Shown here: in pieces, positions 27,352-45,820 of the stretch
How positions within the stretch are numbered: position 1 is the stretch's first letter
Layout: the number at the start of each line of letters is the position of its first letter
Assembly (NCBI GenBank): GCA_964016885.1
Contig: OZ024743.1
Coordinates: 294,066,001 to 294,130,000 of the forward strand
DNA length: 64,000 nucleotides
Direction of reading: 5' to 3'
From: Eledone cirrhosa
Taxonomy: Eukaryota
Translations under genes and position numbers: made by a program
Notes under the pieces: generated by a model
Databases searched by the model: none
Told to the model about the DNA's origin: nothing
What the model saw: the letters and a program-made list of their open reading frames with translations, nothing else

Positions 27352-30118
27352 CTTGAATCTCAGTCATTGATGTTAGTTAACTGGAAAGTCCGTTGGAATG
27401 AATATCAAGCCACTACCTGCAGCCTCAGATATTCAGGACGTACCGGAGGGTTCTTGCTGTTCCCAGCAAGCATGCCTTTTGAAGCGTTCCAAAAAGTGTG
27501 AAGGGGCCGATTTTCTTTAACCATCCCTGGGAACTTTTGAAGATAGTCCCCAGTGCGCCTATGACAATAGGGATCACTTTGACTTCATGGCAGTTCCAAA
27601 TCCTTTTTACCTCCCACTTTAAGTCCTGGTATCGGTTAATTTTCTCCCTCTCCTTCTCTTGCACTCTCGTGTCGAATGGGCAGGCCACATCCACAATCAG
27701 ACACGATCTTTTTTCTTTGTCCACAACCACCAGGTCAGGTCTATTGTGTTCCAGTTTCTTGTCCGTCTGTATCCTAAAATCCCACAGCACCTTCACCTGA
27801 TCGTTCTCCATCACCGCCTCTGGCTTATGCTCATACCATTTCTCAGAATGTGGTAAATTGTTTACTTTGCACAGGTGCCAGTGGATCACCCTGCCCCTCA
27901 CATCATGTCTCCAGCCCTTATAGTGGGTCTGGGCTAGGTGTTTACACTCGGATACAATGTGAGTCACAGTCTCCTCTCTCTCTCCACAGATCCTGCACAG
28001 TGGGCTAGACTCCTCCTTGTAAATATGGTGTTTCAACCACTTCGTTTTGAGAGCCTGCTCCTGCGCAGCCATTAACATTCCTTCTGTAGCCTTTTTAAGG
28101 TCTCCACTTCTCAACCAGTTCCATGTCTGTGGATCTCTACATTCAGTTTTCTCAAAGAAGGTACTATGAAGGGATTTTCCTGAAGGCTGCTCTTTCTCTT
28201 GATGTTATTTCCTCCTTGGACATCCCCTGGCCTATTGTCCTCTCCTTCAGTACAGATCTGAGCATTGGCTCCTTACTATCAGTCACGTATTTGTGTAGGT
28301 TGTTTTTCTCCATCTGAACACAGTCCTCTATGCTGATAAGACCTCTTCCACCCTCAGATCTCCCTAGGTAGAGTCTATCGACATCACTCCTCTTGTGGAA
28401 CATGTTGTAGATAGTCAATAGCTTCCTAGTCTTCCTATCCATTTCTTTTTGTTCAGCAACATTCCATCTCAGAATTCCCGCACTGTACATAATAATAGAC
28501 ACAGCTCGGGAATTTACAGCGCTTATGGCATTTCTGCTGTTCAGATGTGACTTCAATACGCTCCTTATTCTCCGAATGTATTCAGTTTTTAACAATTCCT
28601 TCAATTTTTTGTCCTTGATGCCATCAGCCTCCAGAACGCCCAAATACTTGTATCCTTCCTCAGAGTCAATTTCTTTTATCATCTCACCTGTTGGTATCTG
28701 GATTCCGTTACTTCTGCTCAACCTACCCCTCCTCATCACAATGACTACACACTTACTAATAAAAAACTGCATACATATATCACTGCTGAAAATACGGACA
28801 GTGTCAACAAGCACACCCAACTCCTTCTCACTCTTCCCGAAGAGCTTAAGATCGTCCATGAAGAGGAGGTGATTGATGGTAAGCTCTCCCTTTCCCAACT
28901 TGTATGCTGCTCTCACTTTTCGAAGCATAATGGTCAGGGGCATCAGGGCAAGGACAAACAACAGAGGGGACAGGCTATCTCCCTGGAAGATACCCCTCTT
29001 GATCTTCACGCTTTCCAAGGATTCTCCACTTGATGTCAACTCTGTTTTCCAGGACCTCATACTCCTGCCCAGCAACTGTCTGATGTTATCTGCCACCTTG
29101 AAGATCTCCAGGCTTTTGGTGATCCAAGAATGAGGCACCATGTCAAATGCCTTTCTGTAGTCTATCCATCGCATGGAAAGATCAGTGTGTCTCCTCTTGC
29201 AATTCCCCATTACCATCTTATCAATAAGTAACTGGTCCTTTGTACCACGTGACTTCTTTCGGCATCCTTTCTGTTCGTCCGGTAACAAGTTGTTTGTGTG
29301 GGGATGATGGTAGATTTCCTCAGACACAATGCTTGTCAACAGTTTCCACATTACGGACAGACATGTGATAGGTCTATAGTTGGTAACATCATTACCCATG
29401 ATCCGGTCTTTCATTATCAGAACTGTGGTACCTTTTGTTAACCACTCTGGTACCTCACCTGACATCAAGCAGTCATTGAATATGGTTGTCAGTTTCGGGT
29501 GGAGGGATGTTATATTTTTAATCCAATACCCCTGCACACCATCTGGGCCTGGTGATTTCCAGCTGGTTAGTTTTTTGGCCTGCCCCTTAAGAGTTTCAAC
29601 TGTGATACTCAAATCAGTTTGTTGGTGTGCCTGCTCACCGATATCCCTCTGTACTGTCTCAATCCACCCTGCCTAGTCATTATGTCTAACATCCTGCTCC
29701 CATATTCCTCTCCAGAATGTTTTAGTTTGTTCCGCCTCAGGGATCAAGTCGTTGCCTCTTTATTTTCCCTCAAGCTGTCCAAACAGCATCTTCTGGTTGT
29801 TGTCGAACATGCGGTTCTGTTTATACTGACTGACTCTGTTCTCGTATCGCGTGATTTTTGCACTCTTTGCTACAATGCATTGCTTCAGTTCTTCTATGAT
29901 AATATTTAGCTCTTTCCTCCTAGTTTTGTACTTTATTTCCAGTCTATTTTTAGTGCCTATGTTTTTTAGTGTCCCATTCAGTAGTGACTCAAGCTTTCCA
30001 ATGTCATTTCTCATTTCCCTGATTTGACCACTCAGTCGTTTCTTCCACCAAGGCTCTGCTCTTTCTTGTCTGTTGTTTCCTCTCGCTTTTATACCAAGTA
30101 GTTTCCTCACCGTATTTG
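27351..30118 (-). mobile_element. R4/Dong-like retrotransposon family 1, copy A (5'-truncated)
   Basis: RT (QGDSLSP, FMDD), CCHC knuckle CRIC..H..EC, RHD and RLE RPDLVVVD..IVDVACP. The 3' end runs into (TAA)n. Confidence 0.93.
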
Positions 30119-30142
30119 TATTATATTATTATTATTATTATT

Positions 30143-33100
30143 CCTTGAATCTCAGTCATTGATGGTAGTTAACTGGAAAGTCCACTGGAATGAATATCAA
30201 GCCACTACCTGCAGCCTCAGATATTCAGGACGTATCGGAGGGTTCTTGCTGTTCCCAGCAAGCATGCCTTTTGAAGCGTTCCAAAAAGCGTCTAGGGGCC
30301 GATTTTCTTTAACCATCCCTAGAATCTTTTGGAGATAGTCCCTAGTGCGCCTATGACAATCGGGATCACTTTGACTTCATGGCAGTTCCAAATCCTTTTT
30401 ACCTCCCACTTTAAGTCCTGGTATCGGTTAATTTTCTCCCTCTCCTTCTCTTGCACTCTCGTGTCGAATGGGCAGGCCACATCCACAATCAGACACGATC
30501 TTTTTTCTTTGTCCACAACCACCAGGTCAGGTCTATCGTGTTCCAGTTTCTTGTCCGTCTGTATCCTAAAATCCCACAGCACCTTCACCTGATCGTTCTC
30601 CATCACCGCCTCTGGCTTATGCTCATACCATTTCTCAGAATGTGGTAAATTGTTTACTTTGCACAGGTGCCAGTGGATCACCCTGCCCATCACATCATGT
30701 CTCCAGCCCTTATAGTGGGTCTGGGCTAGGTGTTTACACTCGGATACAATGTGAGCCACAGTCTCCTCTCTCTCTCCACAGATCCTGCACAGTGGGCTAG
30801 CCTCCTCCTTGTAAATATGGTGTTTCAGCCATTAACATTCCTTCTGTAGCCTTTTTGAGGTTTCCTCTTCTCAACCAGTTCCATGTCTGTGGATCTCTAA
30901 ATTCAGTTTTCTCAAAGAAGGTACTATGAAGGGATTTTCCTGAAGGCTGCTCTTTCTCCTTGATGTTATTTCCTCCTTGGACATCCCCTGGCCTATTGTC
31001 CTCTCCTTCAGTACAGATCTGAGCATTGGCTCCTTACTATCAGTCACGTATTTGTGTAGGCTGTTTTTCTCCATCTGAACACAGTCCTCTATGCTGATAA
31101 GACCTCTTCCACCCTCAGATCTCCCTAGGTAGAGTCTATCGACATCACTCCTCTTGTGGAACATGTTGTAGATAGTCAATAGCTTCCTAGTCTTCCTATC
31201 CATTTCTTTTTGTTCAGCAACATTCCATCTCAGAATTCCCGCACTGTACATAATAATAGACACAGCTCGGGAATTTACAGCGCTTATGGCATTTCTGCTG
31301 TTCAGATGTGACTTCAATACGCTCCTTATTCTTCGAATGTATTCAGTTTTTAACAATTCCTTCAATTTTTTGTCCTTGATGCCATCAGCCTCCAGAACGC
31401 CCAAATACTTGTATCCTTCCTCAGAGTCAATTTCTTTTATCATCTCACCTGTTGGTATCTGGATTCCGTTACTTCTGCTCAACCTACCCCTCCTCATCAC
31501 AATGACTACACACTTACTAATAAAAAACTGCATACATATATCACTGCTGAAAATACGGACAGTGTCAACAAGCACACCCAACTCCTTCTCACTCTTCCCG
31601 AAGAGCTTAAGATCGTCCATGAAGAGGAGGTGATTGATGGTAAGCTCTCCCTTTCCCAACTTGTATGCTGCTCTCACTTCTCGAAGCATAATGGTCAGGG
31701 GCATCAGGGCAAGGACAAACAACAGAGGGGACAGGCTATCTCCCTGGAAGATACCCCTCTTGATCTTCACGCTTTCCAAGGATTCTCCAGTTGATGTCAA
31801 CTCTGTTTTCCAGGACCTCATACTCCTGCCCAGCAACTGTCTGATGTTATCTGCCACCTTGAAGATCTCCAGGCTTTTGGTGATCCAAGAATGAGGCACC
31901 ATGTCAAATGCCTTTCTGTAGTCTATCCATCCCATGGAAAGATCAGTGTGTCTCCTCCTGCAATTCCCCATTACCATCTTATCAATAAGTAACTGGTCCT
32001 TTGTACCACGTGACTTCTTTCGGCATCCTTTCTGTTCGTCCGGTAACAAGTTGTTTGTGTGGGGATGATGGTAGATTTCCTCAGACACAATGCTTGTCAA
32101 CAGTTTCCACATTACGGACAGACATGTGATAGGTCTATAGTTGGTAACATCATTACCCTTGATTCGGTCTTTCATTATCAGAACTGTGGTACCTTCTGTT
32201 AACCACTCTGGTACCTCACCTGACATCAAGCAGTCATTGAACATGGTTGTCAGTTTCGGGTGGAGGGATGTTATATTTTTAATCCAATACCCCTGCACAC
32301 CAACTGGGCCTGGTGATTTCCAGCTGGTTAGTTTTTTGGCCTGCCCCTTAAGAGTTTCAACTGTGATACTCAAATCAGTTTGTTGGTGTGCCTGCTCACC
32401 GATCTCCATCTGTACTGTCTCAATCCACCCTGCCTAGTCATTATGTCTAACATCCTGCTCCCATATTCCTCTCCAGAATGTTTTAGTTTGTTCCGCCTCA
32501 GGGATCAAGTCGTTGCCTCTTTATTTTCCCTCAAGCTGTCCAAACAGCATCTTCTGGTTGTTGTCGAACATGCGGTTCTGTTTATACTGACTGACTCTGT
32601 TCTCGTATCGCGTGATTTTTGCACTCTTTGCTACAATGCATTGCTTCAGTTCTTCTATGATAATATTTAGCTCTTTCCTCCTAGTTTTGTACTTTATTTC
32701 CAGTCTATTTTTAGTGCCTATGTTTTTTAGTGTCCCATTCAGTAGTGACTCAAGCTTTCCAATGTCATTTCTCATTTCCCTGATTTGACCACTCAGTCGT
32801 TTCTTCCACCAAGGCTCTGCTCTTTCTTGTCTGTTGTTTCCTCTCGCTTTTATACCAAGTAGTTTCCTCACCGTATTTGCTGTTGCTTTGAGGATATTGT
32901 TGCACTGGTGAAGGCTCCTCGCCTCAAGGTATGGAATGACTTTGTTTACCTTAGCTGTTGTTTCTTTTAACTTTTTTCTGTCTTCAAATCTTAGGTTCAT
33001 AGGTCTCCCACTATCATTGTTCAATTCATCTACCACTAACTTTAGGATGTCAACCGAATCTTGTCCTAGCCCGTCAGCATTCATCTCCTCAGTGGCCGTA

Positions 33101-34890
33101 TCTCTGTTCCAGGTATTATTTATCTCAGTATTCAGATCATTGTCTGCTTCGGGTGGTTCCTCCGTTCTCTCGACCTCTTCACCTTCATTTCCCACTGGCT
33201 CGTTTGCCTGGCATAGTCCACCCTCCATCTCCAAGCTAATCTCTCTGCCCAGTTCCTCCAGTTCCAGCTCGCTTATCCACCCATTAGTTCTTATTACCCG
33301 AGCCTGCCCGGCCAATTTTTGTTCATCTAATTTAAATAGACCAATCTCGTTCCAGATGTTATGCATTCGTCTCCTATAGCCCCTCTCCTTGGGTTACTTT
33401 TCAGGTAACATTGCATAACAGTTCTATTCAATTCTTTCGTCCAGTTGGTTCTGGTCCCTTTCCTTCTTCTTCTTCCTCCGACACCAGCAGTATTTGGTTG
33501 ACAGCCTGGTTCCTGCTGCTGAGCCAGGAAGCACCTGTTGGGTGAGAGTCTGTCACATGACGTTCTAGTCTCCATTTCACCGTTATTTGAACTGTTTAGG
33601 TTCGATATTTAAACACTCTTATTGAGGATTGGCGAATGTATGGTTACATAACCATCTGTGGATTCACCGTCTCCGGTGGTTGCGCTGCTCCACTTGGCTC
33701 TTGTGTGGCATTATCACCACGCTGTAGACGAACACAAATAAACAAACAAACACACAGGCAGAAAAAAACCCAAAAATGAATAAGCATAATTTCATTGTAA
33801 TGTAGTGTTCGAATGTCTGACTTAGTTTTACCCTTCTCTTCTCTGTCCGTCCGCTTGTTTCTCTCTTCATTCGTATTTTCTTTACGTTTTTTTGTTTTTT
33901 TTTTGTTTTGTTTTTTTTTGTTTTTGTTTTTCTCTGTTTGTTTTTCTCTTTTTTTTTGCTGTTGTTGCTGTGCTGCTTTGGTTTTGATGTTTTTTTTTCT
34001 TTTTTATTTTGAGTCTATCTATATATGTTGATGCCTTCCTCTTTTTTAGTAGGAATTCTATAATGTGGTGGCAGTAACTAGCAGGAAGCAATGGGAGAGA
34101 ATAGCGGCGGTAGCGATACTGAGACAGTGGTGGTGGTGATGTCGATACTGAGGCAGTGGTGGTGGTGATGTGATCGTATTACTCTAGTGATGGTGTTGTA
34201 GCGGTGGTAGCAATGAAGGAGTGGTGGCGGCGGTAATGGGATAGTGGTAGTAATGATGGCAGTGGTGGTGGTGATGTGATCGTATTACTGTAGTGATGGT
34301 GTTGTAGCGGTGGTAGCAATGAAGGAGTGGCGGCGGCGGTGATGGGATAGTGGTAGTAATGATGGATGGGCGGCGTTGTCGTTACTGATGTCCATTCGGT
34401 GAATCTATGGTGTTAGTCGCGTATATGTGTTGACATAAATACCCTTAATGTTGGGATTAAACATTTTTTTTTAAACTTGGGACAATAATAATAGTATTTA
34501 TTATTATCATTATTATGTTGAGATTGGTTGTGGTGGTGGTGAAATTGCCGTTATCTGGCTGTTGTGTTTAGTGTACACAGAGAGGTGATGGGGTAGGTGG
34601 TGAATCTAGTTTCTGGTGTTGGTGAGATTGGTGTTGTTTGGCTGTTCTATATAGTGTAGACAGAGGAGGGGGGGGGTCTTCTTCCATTTATAGCCATTTT
34701 CTTTTTTGAATATACAATGTACAATACAAAGTTGAATATTTGAATATTTGAGCCTTATAACAATATATTTTGGGTCCGTAAAGCTTTACGAAGCATTTGT
34801 ACTAAGAGTTGTTATTTCACAAATGATTTAAATATGTTAAAAATTCAAAACTTACGGGAGCGATTTCATGACCTTCTACCACCTCGTGCG
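30143..34890 (-). mobile_element. R4/Dong-like retrotransposon family 1, copy B (full length, disrupted)
   Basis: ATG at 33575, ~1.3 kb 5' UTR, RT ORF 32409-30871, RLE 30759-30319, (TAA)n tail. Confidence 0.94.
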
Positions 34891-40037
<5,147 letters not shown>

Positions 40038-40039
40038 TG

Positions 40040-40399
40040 AAAAGGAAAATCAGAGTAGAGAGTGCTCTCTTCTCAGCATTTTGTTGAAAGATGGGTGAGA
40101 GAAGCAAGAATGGCCCGAGTGAATGGGCCTACTCTGAGTACGTATCTGTAAATTAAAGGTGGAAAACTGGGAGAAGGCACTTGCCTTGGTGGTCAGGGTC
40201 ACTGTGGCCTTTTACTGGGCTTTCTCCACAAATGTCCCTCCGAAGTCTCCCCCCTATTGGGGAATTTTTCATTGTTATTATTTGTTACATCCTCTGTTTT
40301 TGTTTTTTACACGCAGAAATGCCCATTTATACCGTCCTGTATTGTCCTGCACTGTCCTTAATGTCTACTTCATGTAAACCCTTGTGGTTAATAAAGAAA

Positions 40400-40401
<2 letters not shown>
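40040..40401 (+). mobile_element. 3' fragment of an L1/Tx1-like element inserted in the (ATT)n tract
   Basis: KRKIRVE..LSSQHFVERWVR resembles 3260-3340. It ends AATAAAGAAATC(ATT)n. Confidence 0.55.
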
Positions 40402-40464
<63 letters not shown>

Positions 40465-40466
<2 letters not shown>

Positions 40467-40945
40467 AGTTGCATTTATCTTGCTTTATATTCATACAAGT
40501 TATCACCAAGTCACAACCAGTGACCTCAAGAGACAACAAGGTCCGCCATGTTCAAGAAAGAACATACATACTCACACATGCATCTTTAGTGTTTAGACTT
40601 GTGATGTACTTATATTGACAGAATCTTCCTTAGTATATGGGCAGTTCCCATTAGTACTAACTTTTGTATTTCTCATATACGCGGGTTTCCTGGGATTTGC
40701 GATAAGTAATCATTAGACCCCTTAGGTATCATTCCCAGAGCGCCTACAACCACTGGTATTGTTTTAGTTCTCAATTTCCACATTTTTCCAATTTCTATCT
40801 CCAGGTCCTTATACTTGCTCAATTTTTCAAATGTTTTTATAGATACATTCTTGTCTATTGGAACAGATATATCATTTAGCTGGCATACCCTCTTTTTAAA
40901 GTCCTTCAATATTATATCAGGTCTATTTGCATCTATTTTTCGGTC
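40465..40945 (-). mobile_element. Short 5'-truncated copy of Dong-like family 2 (RLE C-terminus + 3' UTR)
   Basis: DRKIDANRPDIILKDFKK..DISVP..EKLSKYKDL..IPVVVGALG. It overlaps 23390-23445 in sequence and has (TAA)n on both sides. Confidence 0.85.
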
Positions 40946-40983
40946 TTATTATTATTATTATTATTATTATTATTGTTGTTATT

Positions 40984-43900
40984 CCTTGAATCTCAGTCAT
41001 TGATGTTGGTTAACTGGAAAGTCCGTTGGATTGAATATCAAGCCACTACCTGCAGCCTCAGATATTCAGGACGTATCGGAGGGTTCTTGCTGTTCCAAGC
41101 AAGCATGCCTTTTGAAGCGTTCCAAAAAGCGTGAAGGGGCCGATTTTCTTTAACCATCCCTGGAAACTTTTGGAGATAGTCCCCAGTGCGCCTATGACAA
41201 TCGGGATCACTTTGACTTCATGGCAGTTCCAGATCCTTTTCACCTCCCACTTTAGGTCCTGGTATCGGTTAATTTTCTCCCTCTCCTTCTCTTGCACTCT
41301 CGTGTCGAACGGGCAGGCCACATCCACAATCAGACACGATCTTTTTTCTTTGTCCACAACCACCAGGTCAGGTCTATTGTGTTCCAGTTTTTTGTCCGTC
41401 TGTATCCTAAAATCCCACAGCACCTTCACCTAATTGTTCTCCATCACCGCCTCTGGCCTATGCTCATACCATTTCTCAGAATGTGTTAAATTGTTTACTT
41501 TGCACAGGTGACAGTGGATCACCCTGCCCATCACATCGTGTCTCCAGCCCTTATAGTGGGTCTGGGCTAGGTGTTTACACTCGGACACAATGTGAGCCAC
41601 AGTCTCCTCTCTCTCTCCACAGATCCTGCACAGTGGGCTAGCCTCCTCCTTGTAGATATGGTGCTTCAACCACTTCGTTTTGAGGGCCTGCTCCTGCGCA
41701 GCCATTAGCATTCCTTCTGTAGCCTTTTTGAGGTCTCCTCTTCTCAACCAGTTCCATGTCTGTGGATCTCTAAATTCAGTTTTCTCAAAGAATGTACTAT
41801 GAAGGGATTTTCCCTTAAGGCTGCTCTTCCTCCTTGGTGTTATTTCCTCCTTGGACATCCCCTGGCCTACTGTCCCCTCCTTCAGTACAGTTCTGAGCAT
41901 TGGCTCCTTACTATAGGTCACGTATTTGTATAGGTTGTTTTTCTCCATCTGAACACAGTCCTCTATGCTGATAAGACCTCTTCCACCCTCAGATCTCCTT
42001 AGGTAGAGTCTATCGACATCACTCCTCTTGTGGAACATGTTGTAGATAGTCAATAGCTTCCTAGTCTTCCTATCGATTTCTTTTTGTTCAGCAACATTCC
42101 ATCTCAGAATTCCCGCACTGTACCTAATAATAGACACAGCTCGGGAATTTACTGCGCTTATGGCATTTCTGCTGTTCAGATGTGACTTCAATACGCTCCT
42201 TACTCTCCGAATGTATTCAGTTCTTAACAATTCCTTCATTTTTTTGTTCTTTATGCCATCAGCCTCCAGAACGCCCAAATACTTGTATCCTTCCTCAGAG
42301 TCAATTTCCTTTATCATCTCACCTGTTGGTATCTGGATCCCGTTACTTCTGCTCAACCTACCCCTCTTCATCACAATGACTCCACATTTACCAATACCAA
42401 ACTGCATACATATATCACTGCTGAAAATACGGACAGTGTCAACAAGCACATCCAACTCCTTCTCACTTTTCCCGAAGAGCTTAAGATCGTCCATGAAGAG
42501 GAGGTGATTGATGGTAAGCTCTCCCCTTCCCAACTTGTATCCTGCTCTCACTTTTCGCAGCATAATGGTCAAGGGCATCAGGGCAAGGACAAACAACAGA
42601 GGGGACAGGCTATCTCCCTGGAAGATACCTCTCTTGATCTTCACACTTCCCAAGGATACTCCAGTTGATGTCAACTCTGTCTCCCAGGACCCCATACTCC
42701 TGCCTAGCAACTGTCTGATGTTATCTGCCACCTTGAAGATCTCCAGGCTTTTGGTGATCCAGGAATGGGGCACCATGTCAAATGCCTTTCTGTAGTCTAT
42801 CCATCCCATGGCAAGATCAGTGTGTCTCCTCCTGCAATTCCCCATTACCATCTTATCAATAAGTAACTGGTCCTTTGTACCACGTGACTTCTTTCGGCAT
42901 CCTTTCTGTTCGTCCGGTAACAAGTTGTTTGTGTGGAGGTGATGGTAGATTTCCTCAGACACAATGCTCGTCAACAGTTTCCACATTACGGACAGACATG
43001 TGATAGGTCTATAGTTGGTAACATCATTACCCTTGATTCGGTCTTTCATTATCAGAACTGTGGTACCTTTTGTCAACCACTCTGGCACCTCACCCGACAC
43101 CAAGCAGTCATTGAACATGGCCGTCAGCTTTGGGTGGAGGGATGTTAAATGTTTAATCCAATACCCCTGCACACCATCTGGGCCTGGTGATTTCCAGTTG
43201 GTTAGTTTTTTGGCCTGCCCCTTAAGAGTTTCAACTGTGATACTCAACTCAGTTTGTTGTTGTGCCTGCTCACCGATCTCCCTCTGTACTGTCTCAATCC
43301 ACCCTGCCTGGGCATTGTGTCTAACATCCTGCTCCCATATTCCTCTCCAGAATGTTTTAGTTTGCTCCGCCCCAGGGATCAAGTCGTTGCCTCTTTATTT
43401 TCCCTCAAGCTGTCCAAACAGCATCTTCTGGTTGTTGTCGAACATGCGGTTCTGTTTATACTGACTGACTCTGTTCTCGTATCGCCTGATTTTTGCACTC
43501 TTTGCTACAATGCGTTGCTTCAGTTCCTCTATGATAATATTTAGCTTTTTACTCCTAGTTTTGTATTTTATTTCCAGTCTATTTTTAGTGCCTATGTTTT
43601 TTAGTGTCCCATTCAGTAGTGACTCAAGCTTTCCTATGTCATTTCTCATTTCCCCGATTTGCCCACTCAGTCACTTCTTCCACCAAGGCTCTGCTCTTTC
43701 TTGTCTGTTGTTTCCTCTCGCTTTTATACCAAGTAGTTTCCTCACCGTATTAGCTGTTGCTTTGAGGATATTGTTGCACTGGTGAAGGCTCCTCGCCTCA
43801 AGGTATGGGATGACTTTGTTTACCTTAGCTGTTGTTTCTTTTAACTTTTTCCTGTCTACAAATCTTAGGTTCATAGGTCTCCCACTATCATTGTTCAATT

Positions 43901-44096
43901 CATCTACCACTAAATTTAGGATGTCAACCGAATCTTGTCCTAGCCCGTCAGCATTCATCTCCTCAGTGGCCGTATCTCTGTTCCAGGTATTATTTATCTC
44001 AGTATTCAGATCATTGTCTGCTTCGGGTGGTTCCTCCGTTCTCAGGACCTCTTCACCTTCATTTCCCACTGGCTCGCTTGTCTGGCATACTACGCC
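40984..44096 (-). mobile_element. R4/Dong-like retrotransposon family 1, copy D (5'-truncated)
   Basis: 650-aa RT-CCHC ORF 43382-41430 with the RLE in frame after one stop. (TAA)n lies on both flanks. Confidence 0.94.
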
Positions 44097-44201
<105 letters not shown>

Positions 44202-44595
44202 ATAATAATTTTCATATTAATTTTCGTACCCAAAACATCGTGCCACGGAGTTTAAACTTTAGATATCGGAAAATCATCAACGGCTGCTACAAGAAGCTAT
44301 TTACATTAGACGGATATAACTATGCCTGTTCATTTGTAAATTAGTGCATTAGGCACAACTCAGTTTATACATCCACTACAATGATTGGTGTGTTTCTCAA
44401 AGAATGTGTTGTAAAGGGAGAAGGATTGGAAGCCCAGAACGCCAGATGTTTCTATCGCTATAGGTTCGACAAGAATTGCATTATTTCGCATTTATTTCAC
44501 TTGTTTGTCACTGGAGAAGGTATCTTGGAGGTAAAAATATACATGAAATATTAATTGTGAGTGATGTGGAAATGTAAGTAATTAAAGATACAATA

Positions 44596-44805
44596 TATGA
44601 GGGTTAGCTGAAAATTTGATAGGCTGAAAAGTTCATACGGTGCCTAAAATACTCTCATGGAAGGCCAAATTAGATTTATTTTTCAAAACAGTCTCTGGAA
44701 AGCAATAACGCAATTATTACTATGAAGAGTTGAAATGAGATGCATGAAGCTCTAGCATCGCTTGTTCATAGCCAGCTTTTGAACTTTTCAGCCCACCCTA
44801 GCATA
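44596..44805. mobile_element. Probable Tc1/mariner-derived MITE
   Basis: Imperfect TIRs TATGAGGGTTAGCTGAAAA.. and ..TTTTCAGCCCACCCTAGCATA with TA at both ends. Confidence 0.5.
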
Positions 44806-45820
44806 TAATAAATAATATATAAATAACTTTGTTGCGAAAATTATAAAAGAGGTGAAATAATCTGAAAAAAGATAATGGTTAAAATGAAATATTTTCTATT
44901 TGTAATGTTTCTGTCTCTTTGTGTGAAATACAAAATACCATGCCAGGAATATATTCTGGCTCTTTGCTTTCTGAGTTCAAATGGAGTCAAAGTTCATGTG
45001 CCTTTCATTCTTTCGGGTTCGTCAAATAATGATCTGGTCCAGTGCTAATATGCCCCAATATCTTTCCTTCTGCTATATCCAGAATGTTCCACAGAATCAA
45101 AAAAGGGGAGGGGGGGGGGGGGTCTGTGTCTGCTTGTGAGTGCATAAGCTCCTAATTCCCTGAGCAAAAGCATAGTGTATACTAACAAGTCATACATGAA
45201 TGTAAGTGACGGGTGCAAAACATCGTTTCTAGAAGATCATTAGGGTTGTCTTAGGTAAAAGAATATTAGGTGTTTGGGTTGTGAAATCAGCAAAATTAAA
45301 ATAATTAGGAGCTGTGGATATAATCCTAGAATATTAATTAACGACAAGGAACAATAATTATGAATCTGACACAAAGTGTGAGATAAGAAATTACTTGTCT
45401 CCGAAAGTTTTAAAGATATTTGTTTCTTGGATTCAAATATATCATTTTGCTGATGGACTATGTAAATGCTTTGAGTGAAATGCGCTAAAAGAGACAGTCC
45501 ATATCAGGGAGCTCGTTCGTGTAGATGGCCATATCCATTCTGATAGAAGGAAGGAGAACTTGAAACTCAGATGTCCATATATTTCCTTCGCCATGGGTTT
45601 CACTAGAACTGTATTATTTCGCATCTATTTCATTTGTTTTTCGCTGGAAAAGGTGTTGCTGCAAATCACATCTCGGAACAGGAAGACTATGATGCAGTTT
45701 ATCCCTTTGCCAGCCCATCGGTCGCAGTAGGCCTGTTTCAGTTGCGTCCAAGCTTATTTCGTTGCTGGTAACATTTCCAGTATTTAATTAATATCTACTA
45801 TATTTTATTTTTATTATATA

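Noticed and set aside
34700-34890. HDV-like ribozyme at the 5' end of the Dong-like elements
   Set aside because: Expected by analogy with R2/R4, but I could not fit the nested double pseudoknot to this AT-rich sequence.
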